A stretch of 64,000 nucleotides of DNA from Trueperaceae bacterium (GCA_051649365.1 JBOFGY010000135.1:9842-73841), one strand, 5' to 3'. Positions 17,613-26,970 are shown, counted from the stretch's first letter. Numbers and translations are program-made. Notes: a model not told the origin generated them from the sequence alone.

Positions 17613-18956
17613 TTAGTGGGTTGACGGCTCGAGCAACTCAAACGCCAACGCTGCACTCCACGAAAAACCAACCGCACCACAGCCTGTGCCATCTCTGGGG
17701 TCGTAGTATTCGACAAAGCCGTGTTTGGTAAGCAGTTCTAAACTTTGCAAACGGATCGTTTCTGCCAAGTTATTAAACCCATAACGCTTGAGCCCTTCCA
17801 TCACCATCCAGTTAATAATAATCCAGACAGGCCCGCGCCAGTAGCGGCGTGGTTCGTAAAAATAATTATTCTTTGCCTGCGAGGGTAAAAAGTATTTCGT
17901 CGTGTTACTTGGCGCGTATTCGTCTGGATTAAGTAAGTGCTCCTCGACTAAGCGTTGTGCCTGGTCGCGTTCGGGTAAGCCTGCAAATAACGAAATAAAC
18001 GTCGCTGAGCCATTCTCGGTTAAAAACTTGTGTGCTCTCGCGTCATAGGCGTAGTAAACACCTGCGTCTTCATCCCAGAGTTTATAGTTAAAGGCCCGCT
18101 TGGTGTGGTGCATCCAACGCTCTAACATGTCAGTAGGCTCACCAATAAGTTCAGCTAAGTATTTTAAGTCCTCGAGGGCGCGGTAGACGAGCGCGTTAAA
18201 GAGCGTGTCCTGTACTAAAAAAGGCGACTTGGCGTAAATCGTTTGTGGGTCATAACCCCACTTGCGGTAAAGCTGAATCAAATACATAAAGCGTTGATAG
18301 TCGGCGGTGATGGGTCGTTCGTCTTCCTTGACGTGAACAAAATCTTTGCGGTTATAGACAGGAACATCAGCAGACTTTGGTGATACTGCCAGAAGTGGCG
18401 CGACAAAACGAGCGGCATTATCTGTGCCGGATTCCCAAGGATGAATAACCGAAACAAGCCCCGTGTTTTGTGGGTCTCTGGCTTCGCGCAGCCACTGGTG
18501 TTTCTTAAAAAGTTTTGGGTACATCTCCTGAATAAAAGCGAGTGAAGCAACCTTGTCCTTGGCGCGGTTGTGCATGAGTCGCAAACAGATGGCGATAAGT
18601 GGTGGCTGAATGAGTCCTGAGGTGGGAATATCCGGCGCGTTCGGGCTATCTTCAATACCCCAAAACTCTGGCGTGGGAAAATAATCAGATGCGCCGTTGT
18701 GATAGAGGATGTGTGGCACCATGCCGTTTTTCCATTGCCCTTTGAGTAGGGAACGGATTTCCAGTTGGGCACGTTCCACATTGAAATGACTAACACCCAG
18801 CGCAACAAGCGCAGCATCCCAGTTCCACTGGTGCGGGTACTGATAGTGACCAGGCTTGATAAAACTGCCCATGTCGTTCTCGAGCAGTGTCGTTTTTGCC
18901 TTTTCTAAAAAAGTGGACTTTGCTTCTTCATTCGGAAAGATATCCTGTTCTGTCAT
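17613..18956 (-). CDS. GH63-like glycoside hydrolase (glucosyl/mannosyl-glycerate hydrolase-like)
   Basis: 447 aa. HQWNWDAALVALG..., IHPWESGTDN and WRGPVWIIINW resemble MGH1-like / (alpha/alpha)6 barrel GH63 enzymes of this size. Confidence 0.6.
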   Translation of the reverse strand: MTEQDIFPNEEAKSTFLEKAKTTLLENDMGSFIKPGHYQYPHQWNWDAALVALGVSHFNVERAQLEIRSLLKGQWKNGMVPHILYHNGASDYFPTPEFWGIEDSPNAPDIPTSGLIQPPLIAICLRLMHNRAKDKVASLAFIQEMYPKLFKKHQWLREARDPQNTGLVSVIHPWESGTDNAARFVAPLLAVSPKSADVPVYNRKDFVHVKEDERPITADYQRFMYLIQLYRKWGYDPQTIYAKSPFLVQDTLFNALVYRALEDLKYLAELIGEPTDMLERWMHHTKRAFNYKLWDEDAGVYYAYDARAHKFLTENGSATFISLFAGLPERDQAQRLVEEHLLNPDEYAPSNTTKYFLPSQAKNNYFYEPRRYWRGPVWIIINWMVMEGLKRYGFNNLAETIRLQSLELLTKHGFVEYYDPRDGTGCGAVGFSWSAALAFELLEPSTH

Positions 18957-19088
18957 GCTTTAGCTTAACCATAGTTAAGATGAGTACGTTTGAACTAAAG
19001 GTTATGTAATACTAAAAGATGCAATAGTTAAAGTAAATGTGTTAGACATAAACATTAAACGTTCACGGCTTTGGACAATACTAAAAGT

Positions 19089-19706
19089 ATGAAAAGATTT
19101 TATGTCTTACTATTATTCATAGGCACTTTCGGCACGGCTTGTGTTCCACAAACCCAGGAAAATACTACTGAAAATACTACGTCATCTATTGTGATCATCA
19201 ATGCACCTACAGATATTCGTGCAGAGGGTGTTGCGGATAAACTGCAAACGGCTCTGCAAGCGCACAGCGCAGCGGGTAGCTATGATTTCGTGAGTCGCAG
19301 TCGCGTCGAATTCCAAGAGACCCACCGCGATATGGCGGGCAGTCGCGCACCGTTGCAAGCTGCCTATATTGCTAGAACCTTTGGTGCCGAATATGCCGTG
19401 ATTGTGGCTGCCCCTGTGTTTGAGCGTGAGGTAGAAGAAATTACCTTTCAACGCTCGTTGCGTCGCGAAGTCGAAACGGAGGTGCAACTCGAGGCCCGCA
19501 TTATTGACCCTGTAACTGCCGAGGTTCTTTCTACGTACACGTCGGCGGTTTACACAGGTTTTCGCGTTGAAAGATTTACTGAAGGTGAAGACATTGTAGA
19601 AGAAAGCGAAGACCCAGATTTGAATGCAGAAATTGAATCGGCAGTTAACGAAATTGCGCCAGGGTTAGCTACAGACTTGGAGCTGTTTTTCTCGAGGGAT
19701 CATTAA
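19089..19706 (+). CDS. hypothetical lipoprotein
   Basis: MKRFYVLLLFIGTFGTAC is a lipobox-type signal peptide. No family recognised. ATG 19089 is preferred to the TTG at 19071. Confidence 0.55.
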   Translation: MKRFYVLLLFIGTFGTACVPQTQENTTENTTSSIVIINAPTDIRAEGVADKLQTALQAHSAAGSYDFVSRSRVEFQETHRDMAGSRAPLQAAYIARTFGAEYAVIVAAPVFEREVEEITFQRSLRREVETEVQLEARIIDPVTAEVLSTYTSAVYTGFRVERFTEGEDIVEESEDPDLNAEIESAVNEIAPGLATDLELFFSRDH

Positions 19707-20470
19707 GCAGCTTCGCGTTCTTGTCCGGTCTCGAGCTCTAACTCAATAGGTGCATAAGGTGTTTCTTGAGTAGCGCGTAATTTACCCTCTTTGAAAAGCT
19801 CGAGCATTCCTGCAAAGGTCACAGTGACAATCTCCCATTCTTTGCTCTCTACCAGGTCAGAGAATTTGCCACGTGTAAAGTTTCGGAGGGCTTGCATAAG
19901 GCGTTTCATGCCCGTGGCCATAGTAATGCGCTCAATAGCCATTTCAAAATAATTCGCAAAGCTGTAGCGCGAGGCCATTTCTGCTAAGCGTGTCAAACCA
20001 ATTTTGATAGGACGCTCGGCGCGAGGGTAATCGGGGCGGGGCATAGTTGCGGGTAAAATAATGCGACGTTCGGCGCGACGTTGGCGCAAGAATTCGATGG
20101 CGTTCTCGAGTTCCTCGAGCAAAATAACAGCCGCGAGCGTTTCTTGTAACAGTTCTTCTTCGGCTTCTTCCTCGGCCTTAGGTGGGCGAGGTAACAAAAA
20201 TCTAACCTTGAGCTCTACAATTCGTGCAACCATTGGGAGGGCTTCAGAAGCGAGGTCGAGATTATCGTTCGAGAGCTCATTAAAGTACACGAGGTAATCC
20301 TGCACGAGTTTTAACACATCAATTTGCTGCGGCATGATGTTGCGTGTGTGCAGTGCGTGTGCGAGTTCGGTGAGGGAACCACTAAAAAAAGGTTGTTGAA
20401 CCGTGAAGCCCTGTTCAGGTTGCTCTATTGGTTTTCCTTTCACCTGTTTTTCCTGTACGCCCGCGTTCAC
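19703..20470 (-). CDS. scpA: segregation and condensation protein A
   Basis: 255 aa. LVQDYLVYF...LDLASEALPMVARIVELKVRFLLPRP is typical of the ScpA kleisin. Confidence 0.8.
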   Translation of the reverse strand: MNAGVQEKQVKGKPIEQPEQGFTVQQPFFSGSLTELAHALHTRNIMPQQIDVLKLVQDYLVYFNELSNDNLDLASEALPMVARIVELKVRFLLPRPPKAEEEAEEELLQETLAAVILLEELENAIEFLRQRRAERRIILPATMPRPDYPRAERPIKIGLTRLAEMASRYSFANYFEMAIERITMATGMKRLMQALRNFTRGKFSDLVESKEWEIVTVTFAGMLELFKEGKLRATQETPYAPIELELETGQEREAA

Positions 20471-20489
20471 GTAGAGAGTGTAACATACG

Positions 20490-20560
20490 GGGAATGAGCG
20501 ATGAAGAATGAGGGATGAGTAAAATCAAATGACTCTTTCCTCATTCCCCCTTCATCGTTC
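20490..20560. repeat. heptanucleotide array paired with its own complement (hairpin) in the scpA/xpb divergent spacer
   Basis: GGGAATG AGCGATG AAGAATG AGGGATG AGTAAAA is followed, after a short loop, by CCTCATT CCCCCTTCATCG TTCC. It ends 8 nt before the xpb ATG. Confidence 0.7.
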
Positions 20561-20567
20561 CTAACCT

Positions 20568-22040
20568 ATGGCTCGTAAATCCGCACTTTCCTACGACAGA
20601 GGTACGCTTATTCTGCATCCACCACCGAAAGGGAAGGCGTGGTTAGATTTTGCGACCTGGGATGACCGCATTGAAAAATTTCGAGTGCCTGCTAGGGACT
20701 ATAGAAAGCTGCTCGAGACCTGCAAACTTGAAGGTATAGACATTGAAGATAGAGCGCGGAGTTTTCGGGAGCTCGAGCTAAAACCGCTCACCCAAGAACC
20801 GTTTAAGCACCAACAAGAAGCTTTAGAGAATTGGATTCGGGCCAAGCGGCAAGGCGTGGTTGTGTTACCAACGGGTGCAGGTAAAACGTTCGTTGCACAT
20901 ATGGCCATTGAAGCCACGCCGCGCAGTTCACTCATTGTCGTACCAACTCTCGATTTAATGCATCAGTGGTATGCGAATCTAAAAGCAGCGTTTCCAGAGG
21001 TTGAAGTGGGTTTACTTGGCGGTGGTTCAAAAGATGATTCACCCATTCTTGTTGCCACCTACGACAGTGCCGCCATTTACGCTGAGAAACTTGGCAATCA
21101 ATACGCCTTACAAATTTTTGATGAATGCCATCACTTACCTGGTGACTTTGTAAGAACGATTGCTGAGTATTCGATTGCGCCGTACCGTTTAGGGCTTACC
21201 GCAACGCCCGAACGTGGGGATAACAAGCACACCGATTTAGACATACTTATTGGCCCAGTTATTTACCGCAAAGCCCCCGAGGACTTAGCTGGTGGCGCAC
21301 TGTCAGAGCATAAAATTAAACAAATTAAAGTGACACTTTCTGCTGCTGAACGTGCCGAATACGATAAACTCATTGCCCAACGCAATGAGTTTTTGGCGAA
21401 AAGCAGAATTTCCCTTGGAACACTGGACGGCTGGCAGCGTTTCGTGCAAGCCAGTGGCAGGAGTAAAGAAGGCCGCGCCGCGATGCTCGCGCACCGCAAC
21501 GCACGGCAGATTGCCTTTGGCACGACAGCAAAAATGGAAACACTCGCGGGACTACTCGAGCAGCACCACGGAGACCGCTTGTTAGTTTTCACAGACGATA
21601 ACGCGATGGTTTACCGCATTTCGCAAACTTTTTTAGTGCCAGCGATTACGCACCAGAGCAAAGTCAAAGAACGCCACGAGATTTTACAAAAATTCCGTGA
21701 GGGTGATTATCCGAGAGTCGTGACCTCGAGGGTTCTCAATGAAGGGGTAGATGTGCCTGAAGCCAATGTTGCGGTGATTTTGTCAGGCACGGGCACGACG
21801 AGAGAATACGTGCAGCGTCTAGGCCGCATTTTGCGACGTGGTGAAGGCAAACTCGCGCTGCTTTACGAAGTGATTGCAGAGAATACCGCAGAAGAAAATG
21901 TGTCAAAGCGGCGACGAGGAGAGTATAAAAAGACAGAAGAGGGGACAAGGGAAAGAGGAGAAGAGGAGAAGGAGAAAAGGCAGCAAAGATTATTTGACCG
22001 AATTAATAGTGAAGAAAGTTTGGGGTTTGATGATTTGTAA
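20568..22040 (+). CDS. xpb: XPB/Rad25-type SF2 DNA helicase
   Basis: N-terminal LSYDRGTLIL damage-recognition-like domain. Motif I is LPTGAGKT and motif II is DECHH. C-terminal helicase lobe TSRVLNEGVDVPEANV, then a charged tail. Confidence 0.8.
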   Translation: MARKSALSYDRGTLILHPPPKGKAWLDFATWDDRIEKFRVPARDYRKLLETCKLEGIDIEDRARSFRELELKPLTQEPFKHQQEALENWIRAKRQGVVVLPTGAGKTFVAHMAIEATPRSSLIVVPTLDLMHQWYANLKAAFPEVEVGLLGGGSKDDSPILVATYDSAAIYAEKLGNQYALQIFDECHHLPGDFVRTIAEYSIAPYRLGLTATPERGDNKHTDLDILIGPVIYRKAPEDLAGGALSEHKIKQIKVTLSAAERAEYDKLIAQRNEFLAKSRISLGTLDGWQRFVQASGRSKEGRAAMLAHRNARQIAFGTTAKMETLAGLLEQHHGDRLLVFTDDNAMVYRISQTFLVPAITHQSKVKERHEILQKFREGDYPRVVTSRVLNEGVDVPEANVAVILSGTGTTREYVQRLGRILRRGEGKLALLYEVIAENTAEENVSKRRRGEYKKTEEGTRERGEEEKEKRQQRLFDRINSEESLGFDDL

Positions 22041-22050
22041 TCCAATATCT

Positions 22051-22179
22051 CAGTACACGTCAAAACTAAAATCTTTACCACAAAGGCGGTATGAAATCGA
22101 GCGAAGCTACGAAGACACAAAGATAAAGTGGTAAAAAAGCACTTGTAATTTCCCTAAGACTGAGTTTTGATGTGTACTC
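22051..22179. repeat. long-range inverted repeat (17-nt arms, ~95-nt loop)
   Basis: CAGTACACGTCAAAACT (22051-22067) pairs with AGTTTTGATGTGTACTC (22163-22179), 15 of 17 complementary. Confidence 0.5.
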
Positions 22180-22198
22180 GGAATCAATCTACTAAGTA

Positions 22199-22259
22199 TC
22201 TATCCTAAAATTCAAATCGCACCCTTTTTAGAAAGCAAATGGATTTATTTTTAGTATAG
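22199..22259 (+). repeat. ~60-nt structured intergenic element, copy B
   Basis: TCTATCCTAAAATTCAAATCGCACCCTTTTTAGAAAGCAAATGGATTTATTTTTAGTATAG aligns with copies A and C. Confidence 0.6.
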
Positions 22260-22308
22260 AGTCTAAACTTTAGCTGTGCGTTAGTTATAGAGCCAGCATA
22301 GAATTTTG

Positions 22309-22500
22309 TTTCGTCATTGCGAGCTGCTGCTGAATATGTGTTTAAGATGCACTCCGTTTGCTGTAACAACAGCCGCGAAGCAATCCCTGTTTACTTACGT
22401 TGTAGTGGAGTACAAACGATGAGATTGCCACGCGGATTCAGCAGTGCTTAGTTTTACGATTGAGGTGGAACACCCTACACGTAAGCTCGCAATAACGAAA
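22309..22500. repeat. long nested palindromic intergenic element, copy 2
   Basis: Three nested inverted repeats: TTTCGTCATTGCGAGCT / AGCTCGCAATAACGAAA (outer), GCTGCTGAAT / ATTCAGCAGTGC (middle) and CCGCGAAGCAATC / GATTGCCACGCGG (inner). Confidence 0.7.
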
Positions 22501-22554
22501 AATGGTACGAATAGCACGGCGTATGCCGTTTCTAAAAAAATTGGAACGCTCGAG

Positions 22555-24390
22555 TTAACTGGCCAGGCTCGAGAGATATTTTTCTACCTCATGGGCGGGT
22601 AGGGCCGGTGAAAAATAGTAACCCTGGGCGTACTCACAGCCTAAGGCTCGAATGAGGGTGAGTTGGTTTTCGGTCTCGATGCCTTCGGCGACGACCCGCA
22701 TACCCAAGTTATGTGCCATGGTAACAATCGTTCGCACCATTTCTTCTTGGTCAGGGTTTAAGTGAACGTGCTGCGTGAACGAGCGGTCAATCTTTAGAGC
22801 TTTGCTGGGTAGGTGTTGCAAAGAACTCAGGGAGGAATAGCCCATGCCAAAATCATCAATATAAAGTTGAATTCCCAAGTCATCGAGGTCTTTAAGGCTG
22901 CGCTGTACATTACTTACTGGATTCATCAGAATAGTCTCAGTAAGTTCAATTCTTAGCTGAGAAGCCTTCAATTTATGTTCAGCTAGCGTGCGTTTAATAA
23001 AGGGAATAAGGTCGCTGCGGAAGAGCTGATAGCCAGAAAAATTTACATTGAGAACGAGCGGTCTCGAGATACGGGTTTGCCACGCTGAAATTTGCTGACA
23101 GGCTTCACTTAACACATAGCGGTCAAGTGTGATGATGAGGCCGTGTTGCTCGGCAATGGGTATAAAAGTTTCGGGGCCGATAAGCCCGAGTTTGGGATGG
23201 TGCCAACGAACTAGGGCCTCGAAGCCCATAAGTTGTGACTCGAGTGCGGTAAAAATAGGTTGATAATAGACCTCGAGTTTGTGCCCTTCGATGGCTTCAC
23301 GAAGTTCGTTGTAAAGCGTCGAGCCTTGTTGACGCATGGACAACTCGAACACGAGGCTTTGATTTTTGCCGAGGGCTTTGGCTTGGTACATCGCGGTGTC
23401 GGCATCGTGCAAGAGTTCATTGCTCGTGGTGTAGTTCGTATCACTCGTAACGATGCCAATACTGGCAGATAAGCGCATGGTGCGTCCGTCAATGTCACAG
23501 CCTTGAGTGAGAGCTTCTAAAATACGCTCGGCAATGACACTCGCCTCTTCGGTGGTGTGTAAATCCTCGAGCAGAACCGCAAACTCGTCGCCGGCGAGAC
23601 GTGCCACCGTATCGAGGGGTCGCACACAATTTTTTAGAATGTCTGCGACACGGGCCAGGAGTGTGTCACCTGTTTTGTGACCATAAGAGTCGTTGACATC
23701 CTTAAAGCCATCAAGGTCAATATATAAGACAGCGTAGCGATAATCTTGATGGCGTTTGCAACGCTCGAAAGCTTGATGGAGGTGGTCATCAAATAAAACA
23801 CGGTTGGCAATACCTGTCAGTGAGTCGTGCAGGGAGAAGTGATGAAGTTTGGCGTTGGCTTTGTCTAAGGCTTCGTTGATATCAGCGAGCTCGAGGACGA
23901 GGGACTCGAGCTTCTTGTTGGCTTCACGTAGGGCAAGTTCGCTGTTAACCTTTGCACTCACATCATGCTGAATGCCCACAAAGTGTGAGATGTCACCTCG
24001 AGTGTCGTGAATAGGCGTGATATTGAGTTCATTCCAAAAAGAACTACCATCTTTACGATAATTCTTGAGTGTGTCGGTGAACGATTGACCCGTGTTCAAA
24101 GCTTGCCGCAAACGTTGTAAGGTGAGAGGGCTCGTGTCAGGGCCTTGCAACAGACGGCAACTTCGCCCTAGCACCTCCTCGCTCCTGTAGCCCGTCAGCT
24201 CTGTAAAGGCTTCATTACAAAAAATGATGGGGCGTTCGGGTGAACGTGCATCGCAGATAATGAGACCACTTTGTAAAAAAGCGAGAGCCCGCTCTTGAAT
24301 ACTTATAATATCGTTCTCGTTTAGGTAGGCTTTCCAAAATGCACGAAAAGAAGGATTAGTAATGGCTGGACTGTTTTCATTATGCTCCAC
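22555..24390 (-). CDS. LOV(PAS)-GGDEF-EAL signalling protein (putative blue-light regulated c-di-GMP turnover)
   Basis: The LOV signature GRSCRLLQGPDTS with the adduct Cys (codon 24157-24159) and NYRKDGSSFWNE. The GGDEF site reads AGDEF. The EAL domain has EALVRW and DDFGMGYSS. Confidence 0.85.
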   Translation of the reverse strand: MEHNENSPAITNPSFRAFWKAYLNENDIISIQERALAFLQSGLIICDARSPERPIIFCNEAFTELTGYRSEEVLGRSCRLLQGPDTSPLTLQRLRQALNTGQSFTDTLKNYRKDGSSFWNELNITPIHDTRGDISHFVGIQHDVSAKVNSELALREANKKLESLVLELADINEALDKANAKLHHFSLHDSLTGIANRVLFDDHLHQAFERCKRHQDYRYAVLYIDLDGFKDVNDSYGHKTGDTLLARVADILKNCVRPLDTVARLAGDEFAVLLEDLHTTEEASVIAERILEALTQGCDIDGRTMRLSASIGIVTSDTNYTTSNELLHDADTAMYQAKALGKNQSLVFELSMRQQGSTLYNELREAIEGHKLEVYYQPIFTALESQLMGFEALVRWHHPKLGLIGPETFIPIAEQHGLIITLDRYVLSEACQQISAWQTRISRPLVLNVNFSGYQLFRSDLIPFIKRTLAEHKLKASQLRIELTETILMNPVSNVQRSLKDLDDLGIQLYIDDFGMGYSSLSSLQHLPSKALKIDRSFTQHVHLNPDQEEMVRTIVTMAHNLGMRVVAEGIETENQLTLIRALGCEYAQGYYFSPALPAHEVEKYLSSLAS

Positions 24391-24631
24391 AGCTGCACCG
24401 TTTCTATCACCATGTACAAATCTACGCAGTCAAATTAAACCAGTCTGTACGGTGCCTAGAATAATTGTGACCGGGGGCGAGACGCTATGAAGATTCCTAC
24501 AAAAGGGAAAAGGTTCCCGTAGCCTTGATCTAAAGCTAAAAAAGAAAGAAGTGGTATGGTCGTGTTCATTAGGTCTCAAATGTAAATCAGGTTCACATTT
24601 GAGGTTTTAGGTTAGGACGAGTGACGAAGAC

Positions 24632-25846
24632 ATGTTGCCATCAGACTTATTAATGTACCGCTATAACGGTGAAGAAGTTTTACCTAAACGCCTCGAGCTA
24701 AGCGACAAGCAACTCAGTTTGGCTAAGGAAATTATCACGTTATTTCAAGATTCCAAAGGCAAGCGCAGAGGAGAGCTCGACGAACAACTTGCCATTCTCG
24801 AGGGTGAAGCCACTGATTACCGTGTGAAGCGTGGGCTTGCACACCTGCTCGAGTCTGCCTTTAGCACCTTTGAAACCGTGAGCCCGCTCGAGCCTGCCAT
24901 GTTGCGCCAGAGACTCTTTGCCTTATCCGCAAAGCATAAACCCTCTGTAGCAACTACCGAAAGTTTGGTTTCGGGTATGGCAGCTGTTCTCAGCGATGAA
25001 CTTAAACGTGAAGTGAACATAGACGAGGTAAAAACAGGGCTTTACGCAGACCTCAAAGAAAACGCCATCATGACGGAGTTTGAAACGCCTGATCCTGAAG
25101 CATTGCTACACCGATTTAATTTGTCGCAAGTGCAAGGTATTCTGTACCGCGCTCAGGATTTAGTCATCACGGCGCACCGCAATGTGCCAGGCGAATATAA
25201 ACTCTTATTTCGCTACTTAAAACTGTTTGGCCTCATGGCCTACATCGAAGGTGACGCAGACCACGGCTTTACGATTACTATTGATGGCCCCGCGAGCCTT
25301 TTTGGTGCCAGTACGCGCTACGGCACGGACATTGCCAAGTTTTTGCCCGCACTCTTACACGTCAGCAAATGGAGTCTTGCTGCCAATCTTATTCCGAGTC
25401 AGCGTTTCGATAACACGCCAAGCTCCGCACGGTTCACGCTCGATTCAGATTGCGGTCTTGTTTCGCACTACAAAAAAGGCAAAATCTACGACAGTATGCT
25501 CGAGCAAGCTTTTGCCGAACGTTGGCAGAGTACCAAGACCGAGTGGCAGCTCGAGCGCGAAGTAAATTTATTGCCCATTCCAGGCAGCGTGATGGTGCCA
25601 GACTTTAGACTCGTTCATCCTGACGGCAGAGATTTTCTCTTAGAAATTGTAGGTTATTGGCGACCTGAGTATCTCCGAAAAAAGTTTTCACAGGTGGCCA
25701 AATCTGGCGTGAACAATTTGATTCTCGCCATTTCTGAACGCTTGAACCTTGGTGAGGCTGGGGTGAAAATAGAAAAAGTTATGGCGAAAGTCGTGTGGTT
25801 TAAGGAGAAGATTATTCCGAAAGATGTATTAGCGGTAATGGAGTGA
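24632..25846 (+). CDS. bax1: DUF790-family (Bax1-like) endonuclease, the usual XPB partner
   Basis: 404 aa. The N-terminal LPSDLLMYRY...EVLPKRL and the C-terminal nuclease-like region PDFRLVHPDGRDFLLEIVGYW fit my recollection of DUF790/Bax1. Confidence 0.65.
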   Translation: MLPSDLLMYRYNGEEVLPKRLELSDKQLSLAKEIITLFQDSKGKRRGELDEQLAILEGEATDYRVKRGLAHLLESAFSTFETVSPLEPAMLRQRLFALSAKHKPSVATTESLVSGMAAVLSDELKREVNIDEVKTGLYADLKENAIMTEFETPDPEALLHRFNLSQVQGILYRAQDLVITAHRNVPGEYKLLFRYLKLFGLMAYIEGDADHGFTITIDGPASLFGASTRYGTDIAKFLPALLHVSKWSLAANLIPSQRFDNTPSSARFTLDSDCGLVSHYKKGKIYDSMLEQAFAERWQSTKTEWQLEREVNLLPIPGSVMVPDFRLVHPDGRDFLLEIVGYWRPEYLRKKFSQVAKSGVNNLILAISERLNLGEAGVKIEKVMAKVVWFKEKIIPKDVLAVME

Positions 25847-25850
25847 AAAA

Positions 25851-25875
25851 GAAGGGAGACCTCCCTCTTTTATTC
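25851..25875 (+). terminator. weak intrinsic terminator after the bax1-like gene
   Basis: AAGGGAGACCTCCCTCTTTTATT has a 5-6 bp GC stem followed by a T-run. Confidence 0.4.
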
Positions 25876-25899
25876 TCCCTCCTACATTCTTCCCTCCCT

Positions 25900-25947
25900 T
25901 TAACTATGTCCCGAATTAACTATGTCCCGAATTAACTATGCCCCGAA
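25900..25947. repeat. 16-bp tandem triplication that includes the stop codon of the aldo/keto reductase gene
   Basis: TTAACTATGTCCCGAA / TTAACTATGTCCCGAA / TTAACTATGCCCCGAA. The third unit is the real 3' end (S-G-H-S-stop on the minus strand). Confidence 0.85.
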
Positions 25948-26903
25948 ATCTCGCGTGGTTGATAGGGTTCCTCGAGAAACTTGATTTCCTCATCACTGAG
26001 TTTTATTTCTAATGCAGCGACGGCATCCTCGAGTTGGTACATTTTTGTAGCCCCGATAATCGGTGACGTGATGTAGGGCTTTGAGAGCATCCAAGCCAAG
26101 GCGATTCTGGCAGGTTTTACGCCATGTTTTTCTGCGGTATCCACCACGCGGTTGATGATGGTCGTATCCGAAGTTTTATAGAGCTGTTTGGAAATGGTGT
26201 CGCTTTGTCCTCTTGTTGTGGCTTCGGCTTCTTGGGGCCTACGTGTCAAGTAACCCCTTGCGAGTGGGCTCCAAGGAATCACACCCATGCCTTCTTCTTG
26301 GCAAAGTTTCATCATTTCACGTTCTTCTTCGCGGTAGAGGAGGTTGTAGTGGTTTTGCATCGAGACGAAACGTGTCCAGCCGTGTAATTCTGCTTTGTAT
26401 AACGCTTTTGCAAATTGATAGGCGAACATACTGCTCGCTCCGATGTAACGCACGTAACCTGCTTTAATCAGGTCATGGAGAGCCTCGAGCGTTTCTTCAA
26501 GCGGTGTTTCATAATCCCAACGGTGAATCTGATAGAGGTCAATGTAATCTGTCTGCAAGCGTTTGAGTGAATCGGCTACACCATCAAAAATATGCTTCCG
26601 AGATAAGCCACCACGATTGGGTTTGTCGCTCATGGGTTGATAGACCTTTGTAGCGATAACCGTTTCATCACGGCGCATAAACTCTTTGAGAAGTTTGCCC
26701 GTCACTTCTTCACTGACTCCAAGGCTATACATATCAGCCGTGTCGAAGAAATTGATGCCAAGTTCCACCGCACGTTTTACGATGGGACGACTCGAGCTCT
26801 CATCGAGTACCCAGTCGCGCCACTGCGGTGAACCATAGCTCATCATGCCAAGACAAATCCTCGAGACCTTTAAACCTGTTTTACCAAGATTAATGTAATT
26901 CAT
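25932..26903 (-). CDS. aldo/keto reductase
   Basis: MNYINLGKTGLKVSRICLGMMSYG...FFDTADMY...RYIGASSM are typical AKR motifs. I prefer ATG 26903, because the longer ORF-track start would overlap a strong terminator. Confidence 0.85.
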   Translation of the reverse strand: MNYINLGKTGLKVSRICLGMMSYGSPQWRDWVLDESSSRPIVKRAVELGINFFDTADMYSLGVSEEVTGKLLKEFMRRDETVIATKVYQPMSDKPNRGGLSRKHIFDGVADSLKRLQTDYIDLYQIHRWDYETPLEETLEALHDLIKAGYVRYIGASSMFAYQFAKALYKAELHGWTRFVSMQNHYNLLYREEEREMMKLCQEEGMGVIPWSPLARGYLTRRPQEAEATTRGQSDTISKQLYKTSDTTIINRVVDTAEKHGVKPARIALAWMLSKPYITSPIIGATKMYQLEDAVAALEIKLSDEEIKFLEEPYQPREISGHS

Positions 26904-26932
26904 ACGGTAGCTTAACCTAGATAGAAATGAGA

Positions 26933-26962
26933 CCAAAAAAGAACCCCCGCTTTACGGGGGTC
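26933..26962 (-). terminator. intrinsic terminator (minus strand)
   Basis: The minus-strand sense ACCCCCG-UAAAG-CGGGGGU has a 7-bp GC-rich stem followed by UCUUUUUU. Confidence 0.8.
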
Positions 26963-26970
26963 ATATGTGT

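Noticed and set aside
21874-22134. 86-aa + ORF overlapping the end of xpb
   Set aside because: It is an alternative frame of the charged Lys/Glu-rich xpb tail and runs on into a structured repeat. It has no start context.
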